A stretch of DNA of 64,000 nucleotides from Adineta vaga (lineage: Eukaryota > Animalia > Rotifera): NCBI GenBank assembly GCA_021613535.1, contig CP075497.1, positions 2,480,001 to 2,544,000 on the forward strand, written 5' to 3'. A model generated the notes under the pieces. The model was not told the origin of the DNA. It did not search any database and saw only the letters and a program-made list of their open reading frames with translations. A program made the translations under genes and the position numbers. Every line of letters starts with the position of its first letter. The first letter of the stretch is position 1. Positions 40,021 through 53,628 of this stretch are shown here, piece by piece.

Positions 40021-40525
40021 TTTACACACACGCTCACGTCTCTTATATGTTTGTATGCACACCTTTTCAAATAAGCGACTTCAATCAATTGAACATTGTC
40101 TTCATTTCCTACCTTTATGTATATGTGTGTAGGGTGAAACATGGCACATTTGTCGTGTCGTTTATCGTTGATGCGTGACGCTATTGAACATTTACACGCA
40201 TCTCGACACATTCACATTGTAAAGAACAATCGACAACCTTATCAGATCAAACAAATGTAATTATTAAAATGCTTAAAAAACAGATAATTACACAGGCCTA
40301 CAAAGACAAGGATTTTTTTCTTCTCATTCTTCTCTATTAAATAAGAAAAAACTCATTTCGTGGACGTTTGACATTGAAATGAAGTTTTTTTTTCCTTCCT
40401 AGATTGAAAATGAACAAATGTACAAGAATATTTCATTTAATATTAATTGAACATTGAAGTTATTTATTTCATCAACTTTTTCTTTCTAGAAAAAAAAATC
40501 ATTCATTTAGAAAAAGAAACAATTT

Positions 40526-42394
40526 TCATTCATGATCATCCGTAACAAGTGATGCATAATAATCTAAAATAACGATCGATTTGTTTCGTTTATATAAATC
40601 TAATAAAAGATCATCTTTTATTTGATTGCATTGCGTGAAATTTAATTGTTCAATATGTTGAAGATGTTTCTCCGGAACATCTTTTAACACATGACCAAAG
40701 ATTTGATGACAACCTAATAATGATAAACGTCGAAGATGATGACATCGCATGACGATTTCATTGAAACCTTCATCAGTAAGATTATATGCCCATGAACAGG
40801 TGAAATCAATTAGACAAGGACACCTAGAAGAATCCGTTTGTTAATCGAAGAAAAGAGAAATCAGAATAACTTACATTGTCATTATTGCTCGAAGACAATT
40901 ATCATCAATAAAATGACATTCATCTAATTTTAAAAGAATTAAATGCGCAAAACTATGTTTATCATTGAATAATATTTGGAATGATTCGAGTGGAATATTC
41001 GGCATTTTTGTTAAAGATAATTCTTTCAAATGAGAAAAATTCTAAAGATAAAAATCTTTCAAAATAAATCTATGAAAGAAAAAGAAAAACCTTTTTTCTT
41101 ACGTGAAATATATGAAAATTTGAACCGGTTAAATTAATACAGAATTCAATTGTGATGATTTCTAATTTCCGACATTGATCTAAATAATCTACTGATATAT
41201 CTGTCAATTCTGTACCATTAATTTCAAGTTTTTCCAAATACATTTGATGTTTATCACATAATACTTTCATTGTTCTAAATTGAAAATCAAATGTGTCTTT
41301 CAAAACTATGAAATACCAAAGAAGATATCTTACTCGTCATTAATAATGTCAATATATAACAATTTTAATTCAACAATTGTATTTAAATTATTCATCAATT
41401 GTAAAAGTCCGAAATTGGTAATTCCATCTTGATACGATGCAGTGATATTTCTCAATTTCATTTGATTATCAGCAAGTAAGGATAAGACTAAATCAAATTT
41501 TTCATAATTTTTGTTTCGTTGCGGATCGAAGATGATTGTTTGTAAACAATGAGGAAAATATTCCACAATTAAACATATTAATATTGGAGATATAAGAATA
41601 TTATGAAAACGTATCGTATGAAGATTTGGATTTGTTCGAGCAAGACGATGAAACCAAATGGCCCAAGTTAAAATGCTCACATCATTCTCCCAGTCAGTAA
41701 ATGTGATTGAACGAACAGATGTGACATATGAAAATAAATGCGTAATATCGAAAACAGAGATTATTTTGGTGAGATCAAGTTCAATTGGAACATGAGATAA
41801 TATTAAATTAGCAATATAATGACATGTAGGTGCGAGATTTGTTAAAAGTTCAAATGGAGAAATAAATGAACAGATATGAAGAAGAAGTTCAGGAGGTAAA
41901 CCGAGAAGATTATATACAGAAGAATTTGGAATGAAAATATCAGTTTTTGTAGATTGTTCAATGATTTGATTCGAATTTTCATTGAATGTAAATAAACTCA
42001 ATTGATTTAGAATATCTAAAGTTAATTTTTGTTGTTGTTGTTGTTCTTCATCATCATCGTCATCATTGTCGTTATCGTTTTCTTCTAATTGTTTGATATC
42101 TTCAAACGTCCAATCATTATCACATAAAGGATAATTTAAAGCATCTCGACATTCATCGGAACTATTTTGTTCTTGTTGAAGATTTTCAATTAATTTTGAA
42201 ATTGTGATGATCGATTGTTCTAATTCTTCAATATCTGAATCATGTGGTCCGTACAATCGATATGATTCATCGTATGTATCATCAAATATCACAGCGGAAT
42301 TTTCATGTAATCGACAAATATTCAAAAGAGTTTCAAGTCGATGTTTAACATTATGAAAATGTAACAGGAGATGATCAATTATTGATGATGACAT
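40526..42394 (-). CDS. F-box/LRR-repeat protein
   Basis: F-box LLGLPPELLLHICSFISPFELL..TC followed by cysteine-containing LRRs (LKLDECHFIDD, FTCSWAYNLTDEG, LSLLGCHQI). Confidence 0.85.
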
Positions 42395-42450
42395 CTGAAA
42401 AGAAAACAAATGTAAAGAAAATCTAGTTGATTGTGAGAAAAACAAGTTTA

Positions 42451-42858
42451 TTATAGTTTGGTTTTATCAACTTTTTCAACAGTTTGAGATTCGCGTTTAC
42501 CAATCATTGGTGCTACTAAATAATCTTCATAAGTTCGTGCAGCATTTTCTAACACTTGTTTTGTTGATAAAGTTTTTTCCTTTGAAACAATATCTTCTTG
42601 TTTTAAAGGACATAATTCTGTTTCAGCAAGTGTATATAATGGTTGAAGATGATCAACATTTGCTTGATGAATAATATCCGATGCATGAATCGTTTTTTCA
42701 ACTTTTTTTATTGTTTGTTCATTTTGAAATGAAAGTAATGAAAGACGTTCGAGTTTCTTTTGCATATCATTATCGATTTTAATTGGATGTGTAACAAATT
42801 TTTCTTTAATTTGTTTTAAAATTGAATATGAACGACGAGATGGAAAATATCGAAACAT
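42451..42858 (-). CDS. GATC: Mitochondrial glutamyl-tRNA(Gln) amidotransferase subunit C
   Basis: Basic presequence MFRYFPSRRSYS; LERLSLLSF, VDHLQPLYT, VLENAARTYEDYLVAP. Confidence 0.85.
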   Translation of the reverse strand: MFRYFPSRRSYSILKQIKEKFVTHPIKIDNDMQKKLERLSLLSFQNEQTIKKVEKTIHASDIIHQANVDHLQPLYTLAETELCPLKQEDIVSKEKTLSTKQVLENAARTYEDYLVAPMIGKRESQTVEKVDKTKL

Positions 42859-43160
42859 CTGCAAACAAATATTTAGTGTTCTCTTCGCTATGTCTTCATT
42901 CTCTTCAGTGATTATTCAATTAATTTATAAAAATAAACTTTTTAAAAGAAAAGAAATTTATTTATTTTTATTGGATTAATGAATTTGTTTTTTTTTGATA
43001 GATGAAGCGCAAGAAAAAGGAATATTGAAGAACGGATGAAAATAATGGATAACAGCGTGAATAGATTGGATAAGCACGAAAGACAACACACAAACATTTA
43101 AAAGATAGGAATAAAAAAAAACAATAATTATGAGAACACTTATTTTCGATTAATTAGATT

Positions 43161-46100
43161 TCACTCTCGATTACCGCCACCGTAACTGCGATTGGGTCCA
43201 CGACGATCATCTCCAAAACCACCAGGACGTCGATTATCGTTTCGTCTTTCGTTTGATGATGGACCACCAGCGGGACGAGGACGTTCATTTTCATCTTCAT
43301 CGTCATCATTAGCACGCCAACTAAAAAAAATGATATAGAAATCAAAAACTATGTTTATGATCGAACCAACCTATTCAAACGAGTTTTCTCGCGTGCACGC
43401 CAATCATTATTGTCATCCGCTCGAGGTCGATTACTGAATGACGATGGACCACCACGACCACTCTCTCGTGGTTCTTCCCGTTGTTCTGTAGACATACGTG
43501 TTCTTGATTGCCAAGCTCCTGCGCTGGCGGATGATTCTTCTGAACGTTGTTGTGTTGGTCGATCATTATTAGTGCGAGGACTATATTCAATACGAAAGAA
43601 AATTTAACCTGTTAGTCAGATATTCTGTATTATTTACGGATTAGGACGTCGTTTTTCAACTGTTTGCCAGCTATTAGCTGATTCTGTATTTCTTTCCGTC
43701 CACCGTTCGGATGTTGACGCAGTTGATGGCTTGTTTTGTTGTGAAGAAAATCCTCGTCGATCATCTCTTCGATCATCTCCTCTATCGTCCCGTCGATTAT
43801 CTCGTCGATCGTCTCTTCGATCATCATATTGTTGATCAGGTTTTGGTCTTGGTCGCCATGCTTCACCCGATGAGCCTTTATTATTGAATGAATCATCAGT
43901 ACGTCGATCACCAATATTACGTGGCCTACAATACATATATATATTGTGAATGAAATAGAGAAAATAAATCATACCGTTGTTCTTCGGTTCGTGTACGCCA
44001 TTTATCCGAAGAATTTCCTTGTGACGGTGGATTATCATCACCTTCATGGGCATTACGACGCCATGGACGGCTATAATAATAAAAAAATTATATCATTAAT
44101 AAAAACAATCAATTGCTTTTAGAATATACAAACTTGTCAGATATGTCTCTATCTTGTTGATAATTACCAGTTGTCAGAGGACCTCGCCGAGTATTACCAG
44201 TCGATGCCACTGTAGTTGATTGTGAAGCATCTTTTTCAGATTGTAAACGTCTTTCAACTTCTGCTAAACGTTCACGTTGTATTCTTGCTTGCTCAGCATA
44301 TTTCTTATCTCGTTCTGCATCAACTGCACGTGCTTCTTTTATACGTTCTGCTTCTTTTCGTTTAATTTCTGCTTGAATCTCTTGCTGATGTGCTTCTAAT
44401 TTTTGTTCTTTTTTTAATTTCTTTTGTCTTCGAAATTCTTGTTTTTTCTTTTCAACATTTTCCAACCGTATTTGTTTCAATCGTTGTTCACGTGCAATTT
44501 TCAAGCGTTGATCAAATTCGTTCATACTTTGAATATAATCTACATGACGTTGTCCACGAATCGATTGTAGAAATGTCTTTTTCTCTTCTTCCATTCGTAT
44601 AAGACGATCACGTTTTTCAATAGCTTGTTCACGTTCAATACGTTGAATTTCTCGTCGACGATTTGCATCTTCTTCAGCTTGTTTTTGTAAGACAGGAATT
44701 TCAGCTTCATGCAACGCTCGAATAAGATAATCAATTTTTTTAAACTGAACTCTCAATTTGTCTTTTTGATCACGACTATGATCAATCACATGTTTAATAT
44801 GTAAAGTATTGAGTTCATTTGGCTCATAGTTATAAAGATTTTCTTCACCAACAACATCGATAATCTTACGACCAATTTCCGATTCACGTAATTTATCGAT
44901 TGCCATTTTCATAGCAAAACGTTGTTCTTCTTTAACTTTTTCAATAGCTGCTTGTTGTGCTTGATTTTTAAGATCACTTTCACGTCGAAGTTTTTCTTCT
45001 TCAATACGTTCCGCTTGTTTTGTTTTGGAAGCCAGTTCTGCATGTTTCATCTAATTAAAGAAACGATTTTAAAAAAATCGATTTTCATTTGTAAGTTTTC
45101 TATTTACTTTATCTTTATGTTCTTTTTCTTTATCTTCTTTATATCTTTCAATTAATTCTCTTCGTTTTAAGATATCTCGACGTTGAACTAGTTCATCACG
45201 AGCATATGTACCTGCTATTTGACGTCTTAATTTATCATTACGTTCTTTATTTGCCTTTTCATTGATTATTTCTATACACGAATACAATGCACGTGATATA
45301 GAAATAAGTTGATTACGAATTTGTTCATTAGGCATTTTTTGTAAGACAGTTGCTTTTGCACCAGCATCAATACCTGCTGATCGTCCAGTTGAAGCATTTA
45401 AATCAGTACCGAAAGTTAATGCTTGTGATTTATGTTCAATATGAACTTGAACATCATTATTTCGTGCAGCATTAACAATAATTTTTTCTAAACGATGCAC
45501 ATCCATAGGCGGTGCAAGACTAATAAAACGTTTTAACGAAATTGTTTGATAAACTTGAGAAACTTGTTGAAGTAAACGAACAACTGTCACATCACGTAGT
45601 GCCAACATATATTGAGAATATTCAGGTTGAGCAAGTTTTTCAACAAATTCAATACCTTCTTCCATTTTCGCTGATAATTTTAATGGATTAAATTCGACTT
45701 CTAACCATTCATACATATCTTTTATTTCAGGATGAACAAAATTTAAAACACCTTGTTTTATCATATCACGTATAAGACTTGCACGTGTTGGAACTTGTTG
45801 TAAGGATAATAAACTTGTCAAACGTTTTTGTTTTTCATGAAGATTTTCTTCGGGATCTAAATGTTCATCGATTTGTGTACGAGGTGCTGGTAAAGGAATT
45901 GATAGAATAGCTAATACTAAAAGAAATAAACAGTAAAATTTCAACTTAATTTTTCTTTTGTTTCTATTAATTTCACTCACAAGCTTTTGTTGCCAGACGA
46001 GTTAATTCAGCATGTGTAATATTCTTTTTTTGTTCTTTATGTAAAACGTATAATTTCAAAACAGTAGTAGCATGGAAGACATAATTTTCAGCTTTCCAAA

Positions 46101-47162
46101 AAACTAATGCTACTTTATTATAATAAGTAGCTAATTGTTGTGGCCGAGGTGTTTTCTTCGAAATAGTTGTAAGATGATTAATATCTTCGATAGCTTTAAA
46201 TGCTTCCTAAAATATTATAAAGGAAGAAATTAGAAAAGAATGGTGATCAATTTCAAAAAGTAAATGACCTGCCATAATTCCATGGCAATAGCTGTATCAA
46301 GTTGTACTAAACGTGTTTCTAAATGAAGTGCTTGTGTTTCCGGTAATTGAAAATTGACACTATAAATTTGTTGTGAATATTTTTGTGATTGAGAAAAATG
46401 TGTTCGAATTGTATCGCATAATTTTCGAAATTCGGGTCGACGATTATATTGTTGACAGAAACGAAAACCCATTTGTGCAACATCTTGATAGATCTTTTCC
46501 ACTCGATTATTGTTTTTCAATAGATCTAAGCATTGTTTATAAGATTCCCAGACAAATTTCAGCCATGGTGCAAGCATATCACGATCTGTACGATCTTGTT
46601 GTGATTCACCACTAACGGCACTTAATAGAAGACTAGAAAACAAACAGAAATTGTGGTTATATTGAAACATCGTCATGAGAATTACCTTTCCGGTGTTTGA
46701 AGATATTCTAAATCATCAATATCAACAATAGCATTTTTGGCTTCTTGGCGCGCGTCTAAACAACGTTGTTCGCCTTGTTTAAGATATTTCATAATTACAT
46801 CTTCAAGTGATTTCACAGAAACCTAAATCGAACAAATTTAAAATGATGGAAAATTAGATTCTGTAAACGAACTGTTTGTGCGATTGTTTTGTACTGATGA
46901 AGACCATCTTTTGCAATTATACTTTTCTTTAATTCAACACATAATTCTAAAAGTTTTTCCATTAATGGTTCGTGAATCTTTGTCCATGTTCGATGACGAC
47001 GTGATTTAACAACTTCAAGAAGAACTTCTAAAGCACGTTGTTTTTTTCCAACTTCAATCAATTCTACGAAAGAATATCAATATTTTATTTCTAATCGGAA
47101 CACAATTTGAAATACGAACCGTCAGCTCGTTTGAGAGCGCTTTCAGGCTTCATGAATACCAT
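43161..47162 (-). CDS. EIF3A: Eukaryotic translation initiation factor 3 subunit A
   Basis: [45 protein letters not shown] domain, coiled coil, C-terminal DDRR/WR repeats. Confidence 0.97.
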
Positions 47163-47207
47163 TTTTATTCAATAAACTAAAGCAAATTTTATCTGAAAAG
47201 AAAGAAC

Positions 47208-47570
47208 TCAACGATGATTCAATGTTTCCATTATAGAAAAGAATAAGGTTCGATCAGGAATTAAATGTGCATGAAGCTATTAACCAATAAAAGATAAATA
47301 TTATCAATATAGATTGAAATTAATGAAAGATATTTTTCTCACTCGAATTGTATTTAATAAATCATCAGATGAAAATGATGTAACGTGATTTTCAGTTGAC
47401 ATATGTTCAAGAATATTTTTAACAAAATCAACTGTTGTTTCCACTATTTTATCGATAGCTGCAATGTCAATATCTGACGTTGAAGATTTTCGAGCTGCAA
47501 GAATAACAGTTGTTCGTAAATGAGAGATGAAATTGTTTGGATCACTATCGATATCGTCTTCGGTACTCAT
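47208..47570 (-). CDS. Small (~98 aa) histone-fold-like protein (TAF13/CENP-S-like pattern)
   Basis: Two exons: ...AAIDKIVETTVDFVKNILEHM..SFSSDDLLNTIR | LHAHLIPDRTLFFSIMETLNHR*. Long amphipathic helix followed by the 'xxDL' alpha-3 motif. Confidence 0.55.
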
Positions 47571-49574
47571 TCAATTTGATAATTGACTAGAAAATTTGAA
47601 TAATATTATGCCGTGTTGCTCGTTCTGTTCTGTTCTACTCTTCTATTATCTATCATTCATAAGAAGCCATTTTGAAAACTTTCTGACAAGTCTCCACTGA
47701 ATTCATTTACAACGAAATTATTTTATTCCAACAAAACCCATGGACAGAAATATTTGATTTCTAATCCTCAGCAATGTTTTCGGAAAAGAATAAAAACGTA
47801 TTTTAAGTGAAATTAAACGGATGTATATTGATAATAAAACTATACACTAGCGCCATCTGATAGGATTCGAAAACGAATGATATATATATATATATATTTA
47901 GAATGTAAGTATTACTAATCATTGATTATATATTTTAGAATTAAACCGAATGGTTGATAATCCAACAATTATAAAACAATAATTTTTCAATTCAAAAAAA
48001 CATTTTCGTAGTATATACATGTGTGAAAATATAAATTTGATGCGTTTCTCAAATGATGTTACTTTAAATATAAATAATGAATTAGATATATCTTTATCTC
48101 ATTTTGAATTTATTCGAAAAAGTATTTATTTATTTAATAGTTTTATGTGAAATAACTCACCAACTCTAAGTTGCTCGTCATTCTCAATATCATGTTGTTC
48201 ATAAATTTTCTGAACAAAAAATTGGAATTGAAAAAGCTGATTGATTTTTAATAAATATTTTATCTGAATATTTACTCAAACCATTGCATCAATTAGATAG
48301 GATATATATTCGAGGAGTCATCCATATGTCAGTACTCTTTTTGTATCACTAGTTAATTATATCATGTTACATACCGATAAAAATATGAATGATGACATTT
48401 TTATGGAGATATTAATATGAGAATTTCAAGAAAAAATCTGTCAAATAGATTTTTATTCAGAGAATTGCTCATTATTTGCAAATGCCATATCTTAACAAAA
48501 ATTTTAATAATTAAAAAGGAAATATCACTAGAAGTAATATGAAATTATTAGTATATCCAGTTGTACTTATCATTTGTTTATGATAAATCAATCTGATTAG
48601 ATATACTAAAACCATTAGTATCAACTTTATTGATCACTTCGAAACTATTCTAACAAAGAATGAGATAATACATGTCACATTTAATATATTTATGTCAGAT
48701 TTGTTTATGTTTTGCGCATAAAAATTGTATTCAAACGAGAAGTAATCTAACGCATTATTTCATTAGGAAACAATAATTTAAAAATCTTTTGTTTTCTTAA
48801 TAATTATCAAGTTTTATTCTTATCATGATACAGTTAGATGAACTGACCTACTCGTGATTTAACATAATCATTTTACAAACAATCTTAATTCTAAACGAAG
48901 AAAAGGTGGATGTGAGTGCGGAGTGAACACTAGCTGATCATCTACACCGACACCGTCATAATTTAGAAGTTGAATAGTTTAAAATTCGAGTACTCGAATC
49001 GAATTAACGATTTCTACACTACTCTAATTTCAATAATCATTTCTATGATATAGGTTGATAAGATATCTATGTGTTACTCATAAGATGTTCGAAAGAAAAT
49101 ACACTAATAATTATTAAACTCGAAAAAAAGTAAATAAATTAAATTATCCGTACGAACTTTGAGTTCGCTATCCACACATTTTTATATTTAAATTAAACTT
49201 CTATCATTAAAATATGATAATATTGAGCTACGATAAAGAAAGATAAACATAAGTGCATATGGATTTTCGTTAACATATGGTGTGTCACACTGTTATTAAA
49301 CAGATAAAACTATTTTTTAATTTGTATTTTAAATTATGTGCAAAAATTCATCTGTTTTGTACATGTACACCATGTCTTAGAAACGAGTCTTTCAAAATCG
49401 AATATTGATAAAAAAAAAAAGAAACGTCTAGTTCAATGATATAAACAAGTCTGTATATGTTATTTGATTAGGTTGACTACTCATGCATTAATTGCTCGAT
49501 ACACATCGAATCGATCATTTGTGAAGGTTGATGATAAGATTTATATACGCATGAATTTATTTCAAAAATAACAT

Positions 49575-50295
49575 TTAAGAAGTTTCACTTATGCTCGTTA
49601 ATGATGTAGTTGAAGGTATACTTTGAAAAGCATGATTGGTTACAGCACCACGTTCCATTGCATCTAAATCATTTTGATGTAGAAAAACTTTCGCTCGAAT
49701 TATTCGAATATAAAAGCCAACAGCAAATACAATAAACGGTATACCAACGAAACAAAGCGTTACAATTGCAGCAATTGCTGCAGCAAATGAAAATCCTGAT
49801 ACTTTGATCCAAAAGACAAGACCAAGTTCAACAATAATTAAAAAAAGACCAAGACCAGTTGAAAGTAACCATGCTATTTCAATATAAATACCAACTGCTG
49901 ATAATGGTTCTTCACTTTTATGTTTAATCCAATGATTTTTTCGATACAAAACACTTTTTATTTCAGGCAAAATACATACTGACATAAGTAAAGCTAATAA
50001 GTGAACACTGACTAATAGACATGAGAGAATGGCATAGGCAGTTAATACTCCATCGCGCGAAGGTACATCTGGATATGAATCAATTGAAAATTCCACAAGA
50101 GCAACCTAAAGAAATTTTCAAAATCAAAACAAGAAAAACCGAAATATGATCAAACTTACAATAGCAAATCCACTAAGGACAGCTGATGTTTCACTTGCAC
50201 TTTCTAATTTTGATTTACGATAGAGTAAAGTTTCGATTCGTTGATCAATTTTACGTGATTTTTTTCCTAAATAATCAAATAAAACCATAAGTCAT
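49575..50295 (-). CDS. ORAI: Orai (CRAC channel pore subunit), divergent
   Basis: TM1 TSAVLSGFAI|VALVE, TM2 LLVSVHLLALLMSVCILP, TM3 YIEIAWLLST..VELGLVFWIK, TM4; one intron. Confidence 0.93.
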
Positions 50296-50811
50296 ACTTC
50301 AAACAAACGAGTTATTTAAAAATTCAATCGAATAAATGTGCCGAATCATGCTAGTTTCGTATTTTGTTGTTTATATTTACCTCCTACGCTTCTTCCACTA
50401 TCTTCGCTTTCTCGTCGGAGTGAATGTCGAGTGAACCACATGTGATTATACGATATATTTCCTCACATTGACTTTTATTGCAGTTATTTTACAGCTGCTA
50501 GTTTCTCATCGATTATGATGAAAATATTGAAGCAATCGATAAGTGAAAATTTTATTTCTTCATTCAAGAAAAAATAGATCTTTTCTATATTCTATCCGAG
50601 AAGCATTTTACATAAAATATTTTTCCAGAAGACGAAATATATAGTAGAAAAAAAAACAGAAGCATAGACTAGATGATCATTCTCGCACAAAAACAAAACA
50701 AAAGTTTCGTCATTAATTGCAATGATGTTGACATCGAAAACGACTTCGAAAGACTAGAAGTAAAAGAAAATAGTAGAAAGAGATTGCATTATTATTATTA
50801 TGTTGTTTTCG

Positions 50812-52906
50812 TTAATTTTCATCATCACTCGGTGTTAATAACGAAGATATTTGTTTGGAGATTTCAAGAAATTCTTCTTGACTAACACCGCGTTTATGTC
50901 CCGATTCAGATGGAACAGTTGGCGTTTGTTTAACTGCACATTTGAAAGATATTGGCGGTGGTGAAGTATCAATTGGTCGATGTCGTTGAGCAGTTAATAA
51001 TGTTAATGATGGAACTGATTCATCATTTGGCGTAGGTGGTGGTTGAGTAGCCATTTGATTAATAATCGTTTTAGCGACAAGTGTTGCTCGTCGTTGACGA
51101 AGTCGATCTAAATTTAATGGTGCTAATGATGATGGTGAAGAACATGTATCATCTTCTTCACAACCAGAACTCGCTTCACCTGGTGATGATGGTGTATTTG
51201 CAATAGCGCAATGTTTTTTTACAGATAATATCGATCCACCTTGTGCAGATGTTGAACCAGCGCAACGACCACATGATCGAATGATTGTATTTACCTGGAC
51301 ACTTTTATCTGTATTTGTGTCATATTCAGAATTTTTATATGATCGAATAATAAGACCGCTTGATAGACGACGAACTGGTTCTGCGATACCAATTGGCCGA
51401 ATAACAGGCGCAAAGGGTGGTTCTGTTGCATTTGATATAGCTCGTGTTAAACGTTGCTGTCGAGAAAGATTAGATTCTGTTGATAATCCCGATACTCCAA
51501 AAGACGTGGAATCTGTTGAAGCTAAGATATCATCTGTACTTAATTCATGAAAACCTAAATAAGAGAGAATAAAATGATTTATCAATTCATTTTATCAAAC
51601 AAACCCATCTGTCGAAGAAATTCAACAAGATCTCGAAGTAGTTTCTTTCCAATATTTTCTAATGTTGTTTGTATTCGTATTTGTACAGCTTTAACACATA
51701 AGAAAACAATAGCTAAACCAAATAAGAAATAAATAGCTAGAATAAACATAGATCTTATTCTCATTTCATGATTAATCATTGCATTCCGATAATAATTTCT
51801 TAAATTAATCGTATAAATAGATGTAAAACATATATAAATACTATCAAAAAATGAATTCGATTGAATTAAACAAGCACCGAGAAGAATATAAATAGCTAGT
51901 GTAATGATAATTTGCGGCATTGTTAACTCAATCTCATCATTTATATCTTTTAATGTTTCAGTAAGAATATTATAAATATTTCGAATACGTTTAATATGTT
52001 GATGTTCAGATAAACGTCTTTGTTTGAGAGATGTTCGATTGATTTCAGTTTCATGTTCATTTAAATATTGATCAAATGTAGATGAGATTTGATTTGGCTT
52101 TGGCGAAAATAAAATATCTTCTTCCACGGAAATTGGAATGGAAATATCCAATTGTTTTTCGATAAAACGAAAAAATAACCATTGACGTATATGAAGGAAA
52201 TAATTCGTCGAATATACACGTAATAATAATAAGGATAAATATTTAATTAAACGTGTTATTAATAAACTTAAATCAGATAGAAACACTAATGTTAATGGAA
52301 TACCAATAGCAGCATAAATAATTAGAAAGAGTTTTCCAATTGTTGTTATTGGTGTAAAATCATTTGTACCTGGAGAGAAAAAGAAAAGGCTTGTAAACAA
52401 TAGAATACTTGATTATATTTACCGATAGTTGTTAATGTTGTTCCGATGAAATATAATGAACCAGCAAAAGTCCAACGAAGATTTCCTTCAGATAAAATAG
52501 TTGATACTGGTGTTGTGACAGTTGTTTTGTAAGTAGTTTTGATTTCTTCTTCATATTCTCGAATATGTTTATTGATAAATTTTGCGTATTGTTGTAGATC
52601 GTTGCTTTGCCTCTTATCAATTATTTTCGATAAGAGACGTTCTCGTTCTCGATCGAAATTTTTTGGTGGTACAATCGAATCTGTTGGCGAAGAAGTTGTT
52701 CGGGAATCATCTGATTCAATTTCTTGAATAATACTAGCACCGACAAGTGTATAAATAAGAAATATCAAACAGATTGATACATGAGGAATGAATAGAAGTG
52801 ACCAGTATCTTAAGAAAAAAGGTAAAATTTTTATTGAAAAGTTAACGAATGAAATTACTTACTTTACAGAAAGAACCCATTCTCGAATATTGAACTTCTT
52901 CGACAT
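50812..52906 (-). CDS. Two-pore-domain (K2P/TWK-like) channel protein with degenerate selectivity filters
   Basis: PH..IYTLVGASI (M1), WTFAGSLYFIGTTLTTIG (P1), GKLFLIIYAAIGIPL (M2), YILLGA (M3), SFFDSIYICFTS (P2), YFLFGLA (M4). Confidence 0.88.
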
Positions 52907-53628
52907 GAATATTGGTTGTCAAGGAACTGAAAAGAATCGAGAAGAGTATATAGACAGAACGATCGACTCATTTTTCTTTTCTTTTCTTCGACATGCTAGG
53001 CGTCTCTTTTTTTTTGAAAGAAAAAGTAAGGCGGAGAGAGAGAGAGCGCGAGCAGGCAAGCGAGACCTACAAGCAACAGTGTTACCGACTTAGTAGTAGT
53101 TGTTGTTCATTAACCTGTATCATTGCATACGTCTCGATTTGTATATGGTTTTATCATAAAAAATCCATGAGTCAAGGAAAAAAATCACGCCATACGAAAA
53201 AAATACTACTTGAAGTACGCACTTTTCTTACTTCATTGAAGTCATTTTATATAAATACATAAATAAGCAGCAAGTCTTTTGCCGTTCGTTTGAAAGTACC
53301 CAACATGTATTTAGATTGAATAAGAAGAAAAAAAACATTTGCAAATTATTAACGAAGAAAAAAAATAGAAATATTTTTGTATTTAATCGAGAAACGGCAA
53401 AATCAGTCAACATTACATGTTGCATAAGTATCATAGTATACTTTTTTCTTTCTTCTGTTTTTTTTATTTTCTTCTCCTTGACAATTCTAACTAAATTTTC
53501 TCTTTTTCTCTCTCTCTTGCTCAACCTTGTCGTATGTTTTTAATGCATATAGTCATCTACCATTTCTCTTCAATCAAAACACAACATTTTCTTTTTCAGA
53601 TTTCGAGATTCTTCCATTGAAAACGAAA

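Noticed and set aside
43630-43914. Short tandem repeats resembling a repeat array
   Set aside because: Coding DDRR repeats of the eIF3a C-terminus; not CRISPR-like (no unique spacers, eukaryotic context).
47900-49500. AT-rich 1.6-kb spacer with a few GC-rich patches
   Set aside because: No convincing ORF, RNA gene or repeat boundaries.
52788-53543. ORFs between the K2P and Neverland genes
   Set aside because: Low-complexity, purine- or pyrimidine-rich divergent promoter and 5'UTR sequence.
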